From: Mobula hypostoma
Lineage: Eukaryota
Reading direction: 5' to 3'
DNA length: 64,000 nt
Assembly (NCBI RefSeq): GCF_963921235.1
Contig: NC_086108.1
Coordinates: forward strand, 110,300,001-110,364,000
Part shown: piece after piece, positions 25,025-36,827 of the stretch
How positions within the stretch are numbered: position 1 is the stretch's first letter
How the letters are laid out: each line of letters starts with the position of its first letter
Position numbers and translations under genes: made by a program
The notes under the pieces: generated by a model
Databases searched by the model: none
Told to the model about the DNA's origin: nothing
What the model saw: only the letters and a program-made list of their open reading frames with translations

Positions 25025-25895
25025 TGTCATATGCCCAGCAACAATGAATATAGAAATGAGTCAGGTTTTATAAACAAATAAACATTTATTAAACTCTGCT
25101 CAAAATTAGTAAAAAGATAAACAAACGGAAACCTTAACTGGAAGTAAACTGCTATGCGGTCTTTTAACAAACCGCTAAACTCAGTACTAGTTCTTAAAGC
25201 GTTAAATGCGAACACAGTCTTAAAGTGGTAAATTGGAACACAGTTCTTAGAATGGTAAATTTGAAAGTCCAAGAGATTTATACAGTCAATTAGGAGAGAC
25301 TTTCCTGAAATAAAGAATTCCTCGAAGACACGACATTACTGCCGATCCCAGCCAGAACCTGCCTTATCCGCAGGATTCACGACGACAGAAATAGAACAGT
25401 TTAAAGGCACTGACCTTTTCCTCTGTAGAATAGACTAGATACTGCACAACCTTTTCTGCTTCTTTTAGCAGAGGTTATCTCATACAGATCACTCTTACTT
25501 GACGAATTCAATAATGGTCGATCCTCTCCAAAACTGCCGAACAACTCCTTCAGGTTCCCGTCTTCACTCTCCAATATTACTGAAAAAGTACGTCAACAAA
25601 TCTGGCAGCTATTGGTGAAACTACCGGCCCAACACTTCTGTACCTTACAATAGAAAGTAAAACTCTGTTTTAAAACTATACTGTGTCGTGAGATTAATAC
25701 GCAACGTAGCGTAGTATCTGACTGACGATCTAACTGAAAACTAACTGCGTCACCAGGGGTCTACACTTATATACCTGGTGAGAACAGGTCATCACATGAC
25801 CTCACATCAGCAGGCAAATTACATCATGTGACCTCCGCAAAACCATTACATCATCCTCATAAGACAATCACAAGATATCCATGAGGTATGTAACA
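25025..25895 (-). mobile_element. Solo LTR (probably Gypsy-type)
   Basis: TG...CA ends (tgtcata ... tgtaaca); 4-bp TSD acga/atga; TATA-like (~25770) and AATAAA (~25085) on minus strand; removal restores the CR1 sequence. Confidence 0.75.
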
Positions 25896-27085
25896 ATGAT
25901 CAATGCCTTTCAGCATCTTATACACCTCTATCAGTTAACCTCTCATCCTCCGTCTCCCCAAGGAGAGAAGTCCGAGTTCACTCAGCCTATTCTCATAAGG
26001 CGTGCTCCCTAATCCAGGCAACATCCTTGTAAATCTCCTCTGCACCCTTTCTATGGCTTCCACATCCTTCCTGCAGTGAGGCGACCAGAACTGAATGCAG
26101 TATTCCAAGTGGGGTGTGATCAGGGTCCAATATAGCTGCAGCATTCCCACAATTGATGCAGGCCAATGCCCCATATGCTTTCTTAAGCACAGAGTCAACC
26201 TGCGCAGCAGCTTTGAATGTCCTATAAACTCGGACCCCAAGATCCCTCTGATCCTCCGCACTACCAAGAGTCTTACCATTGATACTATATTCTGTCATCA
26301 TGTTTGACCTCCCAAAATGAACCACCTGACACTTATCTGGGCTGAACTCCATCTGCCACTTCTCAGCCCAGTTCTGCATCCTATCAATGTCCCACTGTAA
26401 CCTCTGACAGTCCTCCACACTATCCACAACACCCCCAACATTTGTGTCATCAGCAAATTTACTAACCCATCCCTCCACTTCCTCATCCAGGTTAGTTATA
26501 AACATCACAAAGAGTAGAGGTCCCAGAACAGATCCCTGAGGCACACCACTGGTCACCGACTTCCATGCAGAATATGAACTGTCTATGACCACTCTTTGGC
26601 TTCTGTGGGCAAGTCAGTTCTGGATCCACAAAGCAATGTCCCCTTGGATCCCTTGCCTCCTTACTTTCTCAATAAGCCTGGCATGGGCTACCTTATCAAA
26701 TGTCTTGCTGAAATACATATGCACTACACCTGCTCTACCTTCATCAATGTGCTTAGTCATCCTCAAAAAATTCAATCAGGATCATAAGGCACAATCTGCC
26801 TTTGACAAAGCCATGCTGACTATTCCTAATCATATTATGCCTCTCCAGATGTTCATCAATCCTGCCTCTCAGGATCTTCTCCATCAACTTACCAACCGTT
26901 GAGGTAAGACTCACTGGTCTGTAATTTCCTGGGCTATCTCTACTCCCTTTCTTGAATAAGGGAACAACATTTGCAACCCTCCAATCCTCTGGAACCTCAC
27001 TTGTCCTCACTAATGATGCAAAGATCATTGCCAGAGGCTCAGCAATCTCCTCCCTCGCCTCCCACAGTAGCCTGGGGTACATCTT

Positions 27086-27380
27086 TGAATTTTTTGCTGT
27101 TGGACTCCAGCCATATTCCACCGAGATACAACACTGGGCATCATGGGAGGTTGTTCCTGCCTGTGACCATTGAACTTTGCAGCTCCTCTTGCGGAGGGTC
27201 AGACACCCTGAGCCAATAGGCTGGTCCTGGACTTATTTCCATCTGGCATAGTTTGCATATTGTTGTTTGATTGTTTGTGGTTTTTGTATTGCTACATTTA
27301 TGCTCTATTCTTGGTTGGTGCAGCTTTAACGAAACCCAATTTCCCTCGGGATCAATAAAGTATGTCTGTCTATCTCTCTC
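27086..27380 (+). mobile_element. Rex1/Babar 3' end inserted in CR1
   Basis: aatttccctcgggatcaataaagta tail plus (tc) repeats; CR1 continues on both sides. Confidence 0.65.
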
Positions 27381-28252
27381 ATCTGGTCCTGGTGACTTAT
27401 CCGACTTGATGCTTTCCAAAAGCTCCAGCACATCCTCTTTCTTAATATCTTAATGCTCAAGATTTTCAGCCCATTTTAAGTCATCCCTATAATCGCCAAG
27501 ATCCTTTTCTGCAGTGAATACTGAAGCAAAGTATTCATTAAGTATCTCTGCTAACTCCTCCAGTTCCATGCACTTTTTTCCACTGTCACACTTGATTGGT
27601 CCTATTCCCTCACGTCTTATCCTCTTGCTCTTCACATACTTGTAGAATGCCTTGGGTTTTCCTTAATCCTGTCCACCAAGGCCTTCGCATGGCCCCTTCT
27701 GGCTCTCCTAATTTCATTCTTAAGCTCCATCCTGCTAGCCTTATAACCTTCTAGATCTCTTATCATTACCTAGTTTTTTGAACCTTTCGTAAGCTTTGCT
27801 TTTCTTCTTCACTAGATTTACAACAGCTTTTGTACACCACTGTTCCTATACCCTACCATCCTTTCCGTCTCATTGGAACGTACCTATGCAGAACTCCACG
27901 CAAATATCCCCTGAACATTTGCCACATTTCTTTCGTACGTTTTCCTGAGAACATCTGTTCCCAATTTATGCTTCCAAGTTCCTGCTTGATAGCCTCATAT
28001 TCCCCCTTACTCCAATTAAACGCTTTCCCAACTTGTCTGTTCCTATCCCTCTCCAATGCTCTGGTAAAGGAGATAGAATTGTGATCACTACCTCCAAAAA
28101 GTTGGGGCTGAGGGGAAGAAATACAAGCTAGCAGATGACAGATGAAGCCAGGTGAGGGAGAAGGTGGGTGGGTGGAAGAAGAATGGAGTGAGAAGCTGGT
28201 AGGTGATGGGTGGAAGAGATAAAGGACTGAAGAAGATGATTTCAGATGAAGA

Positions 28253-28574
28253 AGTTGGCAAAAATCCCCCAAACAAGAATTGGAAGATTCTTAGCTGGCT
28301 ACAAAAAGTGTTTACAAGCTGTGATACTTGCCAAAGGGTGTGTTACTAAGTACTGCCATGCAGGGTGCCCAAACTTTTGCTTCGGGCTCTTTTCCTTTTT
28401 TGTTATTTTGAAACTGTAAAAGATGGAAATAAAAAAGTTTTCTTGCTTAAAATATTAAAGAAATGTGTCATCTTTAACGTTATGCCTTTTGGAAATCAGT
28501 TCATCTTTTACTCGCTTAGCTATTCACAGTAACAGAAATTTTGACTGGGGTGCCAAAATTTTTGCATGCCACTG
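28253..28574 (+). mobile_element. 3' end (transposase C-terminus + IR) of a second Tc1 copy
   Basis: Reverse complement of ~29200-29520; ends in tttgcatgccactg. Confidence 0.85.
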
Positions 28575-29199
28575 CAGGTTTTAGGAACATTAATGATGGG
28601 GCGAGTAAAATTCTCCCCTTTGGTTCAAGAGCCCTGATGGTTGAGGGGTAATAACTGTTCTTGAACCTGGTGATGTGAGACCTGAGGCTCCTGCACCTTT
28701 CTGATGACAGCACTGTGAACAGAGTGTGATCTGGGTGGTAGCAGTCCCTGACGATGGATGCTGCTTTCCTGTGACAACCCTTCATGTCGATGTGCTCATT
28801 GGTGGGGAGGGCTTTACTGGTGATGGACTGGGCTATATCCGCTACTTTTTGTAGGATCTCATGGTAGTGTATAGTGACATATACGTACTTCGATAATTTT
28901 TTTTGACTATGAAAGCGCTTCTTCATTTACCTTGCAGTAGTTATGATTTGAGGTGTTAGTGTGAAGTTCTCTGTGAATCAAATGGAAGGAGTGATGCAAA
29001 GTATCTTTGCATCTTCTAGTTCCCTTTCTACAAGTTCTGTGTTCTTGGCTCCAGACATACACAGAGCAGGTAATGATTTGGAAGGTCTGTCCAAGTACTT
29101 TAAGAAAGAAATTCCATGGCAGGTTTTGTAGACAAATCTCTGACAGACTTGAAGAAAATATGAGGCCACAGTTCTGTCTCTTTTCAGATACGGTATATA

Positions 29200-30801
29200 C
29201 AGTGGCATGCAAAAGTTTGGGCACCCCTGGTCAAAATGTCTGTTACTGTGAATAGCTAAGTGAGTAAAAGATAACCTGATTTCTAAAAGGCATAAAGTTA
29301 AAGATGACACATTTCTTTAATATTTTAAGCAAGATTGCTTTTTTATTTCCATCTTTTACAGTTTCAAAATAACAAAAAAGGAACAGAGCCCGAAGCAAAA
29401 GTTTGGGCACCCTGCATGATCAGTACTTAGTAACACCCCCTTTGGCAAGTATCACAGCTTGTAAACGCTTTCTGTAGCCAGCTGAGAGTCCTTCAATTCT
29501 TGTTTGGGGGATTTTCGCCCATTCTTCCTTGCAAAAGGCTTCTAGTTCTGTGAGATTCTTTGACCGTCGTGCATGCTCTGCTCTTTTGAGATCTATCCAC
29601 AGATTTTCGATTATGTTTAGGTCAGGGGACCGTGAGGGCCATGGCAAAACCTTCAGCTTGCACCTCTTGAGGTAGTCCATTGTGGATTTTGAGGAGTGTT
29701 TAGGATCATTATCCTGTTGTAGGAGCCATCCTCTTTTCATCTTCAGCTTTTTTACAGACGGTATGATGTTTTCTTCTAGAATTTGCTGGTACTTAATTGA
29801 ATTCATTCTTCCCTCTACCAGTGAAATGTTCCCCGTGCTACTGGCTGCAACACAAGCCCAAAGCATGATCGATCCACCCCCATGCTTCACAGTTGGAGAG
29901 GTGTTTTTTTCATGAAATTCTGCACCCTTTTTTCTCCAAACATACCTATGCTCAAAATGTTCTATTTTAACTTCATCAGTCCACAGGACTTGTTTCCAAA
30001 ATGCATCAGGCTTGTGTAGATGTTCCTTTGCAGACTTCTGACACTGAATTTTGTGGTGAGGACACAGGAAAGGTTTTCTTCTGATGACTCTTCCATGAAG
30101 GTCACATTTGTGCAGGTGTCACTGCACAGTAGAACAGTGCACCCCAACTCCAGAGTCTGCTAAATCTTCCTGAAGGTCTCTTGCAGTCAAATGGGGGTTT
30201 TTATTTGCCTTTCCAGCAATCCTCTTGGAAAGTTTTCTTGGTCCTCCAGACCTCAACTTAACCTCCACCATTCCTGTTAACTGCCATTTCTTAATTACAT
30301 TACGAACTGGGGAAACAGTTACCTGAAAACGCTTTGCTCTCTTCTTATAGCCTTCTCCTGCTTTGTGGGCATCATTTATTTTAATTTTCAGAGTGCTAGG
30401 CAGCTGCTTAGTGGAGCCCATGGCTGCTGATTGTTGGGACAAGGTTTGAGGAGTCAGGGTATTTATAAAGCTTTGAAATTTGCACCACCTGGCCTTTCCT
30501 AACGATGACTGTGAACAAGCCATAGCTCTAACAAACTAATTAAGGTCTGAGACCTTGGTAAAAGTTATCTGAGAGCTCAAATCTCTTGGTGTACCCAAAC
30601 TTTTGCATGGTGCTTCTTTCCTCTTTTTCACTCTAAAATTGTACGAAACAAAAATAATACAGTAATCTTGCTTAAAACGTTGAAAAGAATGTTTCATCTT
30701 TAACTTTATGACTTTTGGAGATCAGTTCACCTTCTACTCACTTAACTATTCACAGTAACAGAAATTTTGACCAGGGGTGCCCGAACTTTTGCATGCCACT
30801 G
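29200..30801 (-). mobile_element. Full-length Tc1 (DD34E, IR/DR type) transposon, 1602 bp, TA TSD
   Basis: ta|CAGTGGCATGCAAAAG...CTTTTGCATGCCACTG|ta; ~210-bp IRs with inner repeat caaaagtttgggcaccc. Confidence 0.95.
29420..30421 (-). pseudogene. Tc1 transposase, disrupted
   Basis: MGSTKQL...GEGYKK HTH; KHGGGSIMLWAC, QQDNDPKH, SPDLNIIENLW (34 residues between D and E); stop at ~30119 and frameshifts. Confidence 0.9.
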
Positions 30802-32120
30802 TACATACTTTGGTCATATCTTTCAACTACAATGTTGTGGAAAAAATATAATGGAGCAATATAATTTGGGCTATTACCCAAAAAAAGAGTAGAATCAGGT
30901 CTGGCATGTTGTTAAATTTGATGTTTTGTGGCAGCAGTGCAATGCATAAAATATACATTACAATAAGAAATAATATATTAAAATTGAATAAGTAGTGCAA
31001 AAAAGATCAAAAGTAGTGTTCATGAGTTGGTTCATTGTCTGTTCAGAAATCTGATGGTGCTTTTCAACATTTCAATCTTTTATGTTGGTGTATTCCAAAT
31101 TTTCTTTCTGGGTACTGTAGATTGATGCAGTCCATTGCATTAGGTTTTTTTTGAATGAAATTTGAAAATTAGCGACTTGATGGTTTAAAGGTAGCTATAT
31201 ACTGAAAATGATTTGGACATCTTCCATAGAATAAATAAATAAATAACTTTGTAAGCTATCATATATAAGATTAGCAAAGAAAAATATTATTTTCACTCTG
31301 CGTGTTATGATATGGTGTACGTTGCTTGAAAGGGTGGTATAAAAAGATCAAATTCTAGCTTTCAATGATATTTGGTATTATGGAGGTAGTATGATTCTAT
31401 GAGTTCACTAATTTATTGCCTAATGGGGGATTTACAACTTGCACTCTATGTTGTTGCTGGTAGTATAATTAGTTAACCAAGTAACTAGAAACAGAACAGC
31501 TACTTTGATTTACTTGTCAAGTTAATGTGTAGAGTTTTAATTTTATCATTGGGTAATAATATCCACTTAATGGCTTGAATAATAGTATCAGTGGCTGACC
31601 GTGGATTTTGCGTCCTAGCTCTCTGTGTTGTTGGTGCATCGCGATCTATGGCTGATGAAACTAATGCAAGATTGGCAGTCTGTATTGCAAAGGTCACTTC
31701 TATAAGTGGTCTTAGCTCTGCTAGAGATGTAGCATTCCTTTCAATGGGCCCGTGTGTCTTGTGCTTTCAGGGATTTTTCTCCACCTGGGTTTGGAGTGCT
31801 TCTCCACCTGCTGCGGTCAGCTACATAAGAAAATGCAAGGTTCCTTAATTGGTGGTTATGTAAAAACAAAAAGATCTCATTTTAAATCTCACACCTTACA
31901 AATCTTATGTTGCTGAATATACCTTTGTGAGAGCTCCAGATGACTAAACAAACATATTGTTTACTGTTGGATTCTGTGTAGTGTTAGACACTACACTAGA
32001 CATTTTTCCCAAATGAAATCAGCTCTTTCGATCCAGTATTGCAATTAAACTAATGAATGTTTGTATTTATACAAAAACTGTCCATGAAGAAATATGAAGT
32101 AGCTTGATTTTTCTGCGCAT

Positions 32121-32258
32121 ACACGAGGAAATCTACAGATGCTGGAATTTCAAGCAACACACACAGAAGTTGCTGGTGAACGCAGCAGGCCAGGCAGCAT
32201 CTCTAGGAAGAGGTACAGTTGACGTTTCGGGCCGAGACCCTTCGTCAGGACTAATTGA
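32121..32258 (-). mobile_element. Penelope-like pLTR fragment
   Basis: Same ~135-bp sequence as 5276-5410 and 16666-16800. Confidence 0.85.
32216..32253 (-). ncRNA. Minimal type I hammerhead ribozyme motif (PLE-associated), catalytic core intact
   Basis: Minus strand UAGUC-CUGACGA-A-GGGUCUCGGCCC-GAAAC-GUC^AACUG: CUGANGA and GAAA core, stem II, loopless palindromic stem III (ACGU), stem I with one C.A mismatch. Confidence 0.7.
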
Positions 32259-32619
32259 AGATTTTTCTGACCTATTTGGCCTGAAAAATGGTCAGATCTT
32301 TCTATAATATTGTGTTCTAAGCTTAGCAAATCTAATTTTGCATGTCTGCTACCTGGTAGAAGACTGCTAACTATCCTGGTTTGCTATATATATAAGTAGT
32401 GGATACAACCCAGTCCATCATGGGTAAAGCCCTCCTCACCTTTAAGTACGTCTGTAAGAAGCATCCATCATCAAGGGCCCCCACCTTCCAGGCCATGCTG
32501 TCTCCCTACTGCTGCCATTTAGTTGGAGACACAGGAGCTTGAGGACCTGTACGACAAGGTTCAGGACCAGTTAGTACCCCTCAGCCATCAGGCTCTTGAA
32601 CCAGAGGGGATAAAATGAA

Positions 32620-33295
32620 AGATTTGAAGATAAAATTATTTTCAAAATGGAGAGAAAATACATTTAAAAAAATTGAGGTGCAAAGGGACTTTTCAAGAGG
32701 ACTCAAATATATAAATCAAAGATGTAATGTTGAGACTTTATAAAGCATTGATGAGGCCTCATCTGGAATATTGGGAGCATGTTTGGGCCCCTTATCTTAG
32801 AAAGGCATGTGCTGAAACGGGAGAGGGTTCAAAGAAGGTTCACAAAAATCATTCCAGTATTGAACAGCTTGTCATGTATAGAGTGTGTGATGGCTCTCAT
32901 GAATAAGAGGTGACCTCATTGAAGTCTCTCGAATGGTTAAAGGCCTTGATAGGGTGAATGTGGAGAAAATGTTTCCTATGGTGGGAGAGGCTAAGACCAG
33001 AGGGCACAGCCTTAAAATAGAGGGCATCCTTTTAGAACAGGGATGAGGACTTACTTTAGCCAGAGAGTGGTGAATCTGTGGAATTCATTGTCACAGGCTG
33101 CTGTGGAGGGCAAGCCATTGGGTATATTTAAGGCAGAAGTTGATGGATACTTGATTTGTCAGGGCATGAAGGGATACAGGGAGAAAGCAGGAGATTAAAT
33201 CTGAGAGGAAAATTGGATTAGCTGTAATGAAATAGCAGAGCTGAACTCAATGGGCCAAATGGCCTAATTCCTTTCCTATATCTTATAGTCTTATA
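32620..33295 (+). mobile_element. CR1 3' fragment nested in a Rex/Babar copy
   Basis: tttataaagcattgatgaggcctcatctggaatat...tcttatagtcttat tail. Confidence 0.7.
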
Positions 33296-35318
33296 ACATC
33301 ACTCTGCCCATCACTGAACTGTCCCCAAAACCTCTGAACTCACTTTCAAGGAATCCTCATCTCATGTTCTCAATATTTATTTATTTATTTATTTATTTAT
33401 TATTTTGCTTTTTTTCTTTTTGTATTTGCAGTTATCTTTTGCACATGGGACATTTATCCATCTTATGTGTGCTTTTTCATTGATTATTTTGTGTTTCTTT
33501 GTATTTACTGTGAATGCCTGCAAGAAAATGAATCTCAGGGTTGTATATGGTGACATATATGTACTTTGATAATAAATTTACTTTGAGCTTTGAGATTTAA
33601 AATGTATAAAGTCCCAAAGTTATCGGTTCTCACTCTATAACTTTGGAATTTTATTTTGTAGAATATGTTCTCATATGGTTCCTATTCACACTGTTCTCAT
33701 TTCAGTGAGTGTATTCCTGTGCCGATTCTTGTAAATTAGATTATTTCCTTCAGACCCTCAAAGTTCTGTGCCTGTATTTTGTTTAAAGAGGGTAATTGAA
33801 TTTTAATGGTTGAGATATGGTCTATGAACAGAATGTCTAAATATTTAATGTATGTCCTGTTTACTTGGTCGATTTCATTTGAGGGAGATTTGGTTAAAGA
33901 TTCAAGGTTGTTTAATGTAATTTCCTGTTCACAATTGTAAAGGAGTACAAAATTAATTGTTACTCGGGATCTGATGCTACTTAAAAAAACTCAATAAAAT
34001 AAAGAACACAATAATAATAAAAGACACAATAATATAAATACAGACGATAGCTTATATACATTGATTGCATGTCCATAAAGTGACGCTAGGCACAAGAGTG
34101 TCTGTACATAAGGTGACTCTGACAGGAAATGATAAAGGAGTGGTGGTTTGGGGTGTGGAGGGGTGGGTTAGTGGGTAGAGGTGTTGAACAGCCTTACTGC
34201 TTGGTGAAAGTAATTGTTTTTTTGAGTTTTTTGGAAGTGATGTACAAATTGGAAGACAAGTTCTGCTTCAAAATTGAATAGACATTTCTGAAAAAGTTTT
34301 TTTGTATTATTATGCTTGCAATTGCTTTGTAGTATTATGGATTCTAATAACATCAGACTATTTGTTTCTGCTCAGTCTGTCCTGAGAATACCCTGCAAAT
34401 GTCTTGTGTTTGATGTTGTAGAAATTACCTTATTTTTGACACCTCTTTGTGTAGGTATGTTTTATTTTCCTGGAATTCCATTCATAGCTTTCTTTGTGGG
34501 GAAAAAAAGTTGTTTTCCTGGGAATTAACTTGGCAGAGCTAATAGCTTGCTCCCCATTTCATACTGCCCTGGCATGCATATCACATAAACGGTTGGGACG
34601 CAACATTCGTGGTCAACCCCAACCAGTGGAGGGCCTCAAACTCAGTCGAACCACCTCCAATTTGTTCACCCCAAGAGTAAGCCATCAATTTGAAACCTAG
34701 CCATAACTTGCATTCCATTTTATCTGGATGTTGGCCAAATATTGCAGATTTGCTTCCAGTAATAATATTTGAATGTGTTCAGATCAAAGGCAGTTGAAAT
34801 TGAGAACACAAAGGATTTATCTATCATTGGCAGAGAATGTATCCTTTCCTCATTCAAAAGGAAATGCAGTGCTTGTACCTTGACACAGTTATGGCTGTTC
34901 ATTGATTCAAAGAATCATTCAGCCACTTTGTCAAGAAATTGGTTCTGTCCCTCCTGGATAGTGTTAACATTTCACTCGGAGCACTTAAAACACTTGCTGA
35001 ATAGTTCTTTTCTTCTCATGACTACGATAGCTCTCCTGAGATGAGTGTTGCCCTTTTATTCCCATTTTATTCCCAGGTTCTCATCTTTTCCACGCCATGG
35101 TTGGGTATTGTCATCAGTACTGTACTGAAGTGGAAAATTGTTTAAATATATATTGTTGATTTTTGGGAGTGTGTAATGTACTGTATGTTCTACTTGTAAT
35201 TCATCCTTTCTACTGTGGTTAAATTCATAAACTTTTTTCTCTCCTTCTTTTCTTCTCGTCATCTCATCCCTTTGGTTACTTGGGGTGATTGTCCTGAAAA
35301 ACCCTTGATGAACTGTAG

Positions 35319-35327
35319 AGACCTTTG
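35319..35327 (+). CDS. PRKACB: Candidate 9-nt cassette microexon (AGACCTTTG, adds E-T-F), putative homolog of C-beta exon c
   Basis: ctgtag|AGACCTTTG|gtatgc; long pyrimidine tract at ~35231-35273; phase 1-1; 1.4 kb upstream of exon 2; mammalian exon c recalled as D-S-F. Confidence 0.6.
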
Positions 35328-35926
35328 GTATGCGCGTTATTTCATAAGAAGCCCAAAGTCACAGAAGGTCAATTTTTGAATATTTTGGGAAAGGGAAAAA
35401 ATTCAAATTGTTTTGTTTCAATTTCCACTGGTAATGCCTGAACAATTATTGATGAATTGTTAAATCAGTTTATGATTGAAGGTGAATACTAATAAAGCTG
35501 ATCACCTAAATAACAATGGTAATTATTCAATTCAAATTTAATTGTCATTCAACCATACATGAATACCCATGAACACAGGCAAACAAGACTGCGTTATTCC
35601 AGGGCCAAAATGCAAAGCACAGTATCATCAGTCACACAAAGCACACATTGCACATACAAGATAGTAAGCACAGATAAGATAACAATAAAATACAGCCATA
35701 CAAAAAAAGTAGTCCAGACCCTGAGTCTGTGAATGCAGCAGAAATCTGCAGTCGACCACAATACAACTTGTCTTCTACCAAGCGAACACCGGGGGCAGCA
35801 CTGACTCCAGCCTGGATGCCACACCCACCACACCACCCCCGTGGAGTGCGCCAGCTCCGCCATCTCTCCTGGTGGCTTTATATCATTGATTCAATTTAAA
35901 TAATTGTTCAGAAATTGAACAATTGT

Positions 35927-36023
35927 GTCCTGACGAAGGGTCTCGACCCAAAACATCGACTGTACGTCTTCCTAGAGATGCTGCCTGGCCTGCTGCATTC
36001 ACCAGCAACTTTGATGTGTGTTG
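35927..36023 (+). mobile_element. Short Penelope-like pLTR insertion, 12-bp TSD, mutated hammerhead
   Basis: TCAGAAATTGAA at 35908-35919 and 36024-36035; gtcCTGACGAagggtctcgacccAAAAcatc. Confidence 0.8.
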
Positions 36024-36765
36024 TCAGAAATTGAATAATGTTTTATATGACACTTATAAATTGTGGAACAAGATTCAATGCATTTGAATAAATAACTATT
36101 GATATAATACAGAAACATTTCATCTATGTGCATTCTAGTGAATGTCCATTGTTCTCATGACAACACTTTTTGATATGCACGTCAAAAAAAAAAGGTATTT
36201 AGATTAAAAAGCCTACTTCCTAATGGCGATTTAGTTCTCTGGTGTCAAAGTTGCTACAATTAGAAAGTCAGATCAGCCTCTTAGTATTTAAAAGAACTTC
36301 TAAAAAAATTCAATCTTCTGTGACTATGAGCAGCTTTGGTTTGCGTTATTTTACTGCTTTTGTGTGTCTTTGCCTGTGGCCCTTTTGCATTTCCAATCCA
36401 TTGCTTTGTAGCTACATAACATTAAAACTGCTTGCTTAGTTGTTGCTTGGGATTTCTTTTTACTTTTTCTTTTGAAATTGTTTGTTGCAAACTAGTAGCA
36501 ATAGCTGATTGATAAAAGATAAAAGTCCTCCACTGAGAAGCTTTTAAGTTTGTGCAATGGAAATGTTGAAAAAATAATTTTGTATCCTGTGTGCAAGTAG
36601 TTTTATGTATTTGGCAATCCTCAAGTGGTTTGATTATAAATTTTTTAGAGAAATTAATACTACTTGTACACCTGATAATTCAACTATTTTTTATCTTCAT
36701 GAGCCATGCTTCTGACAGTTCCATTGCTGGTGTTTCTAATCATTGCACCTCTCTTTGTTTCATAG

Positions 36766-36827
36766 TGAAAGAGTTCTTAGCAAAAGCCAAAGAAGACTTC
36801 TTAAGAAAATGGGAAAGTCCACCACAG
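36766..36827 (+). CDS. PRKACB: PKA catalytic subunit beta, exon 2 (phase 1 start; (V)KEFLAKAKEDFLRKWESPPQ)
   Basis: ctctttgtttcatag acceptor, CAG|gtatgt donor, 62 nt; peptide matches the PKA C A-helix. Confidence 0.96.

Larger units (their letters stand above)
24722..28092 (-). mobile_element. 5'-truncated CR1 LINE, same family as 11697-17047, with nested insertions
   Basis: RT motifs GVPQGSVLGPLLF, KFADD, NYRPVSLTS on the minus strand; tail at ~24722. Confidence 0.9.

Noticed and set aside
34546..34676. aatag|CTTGCTCC start reading A-C-S like mammalian exon b
   Set aside because: No GT donor at a frame-preserving distance; the next good donor (34677) gives 131 nt and shifts frame; weak acceptor
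36350..36420. Strong-looking acceptor (ttgctttgtag at 36411) with YGCY clusters upstream of exon 2
   Set aside because: Immediate stop in phase 1 and no convincing donor; unsupported without RNA data
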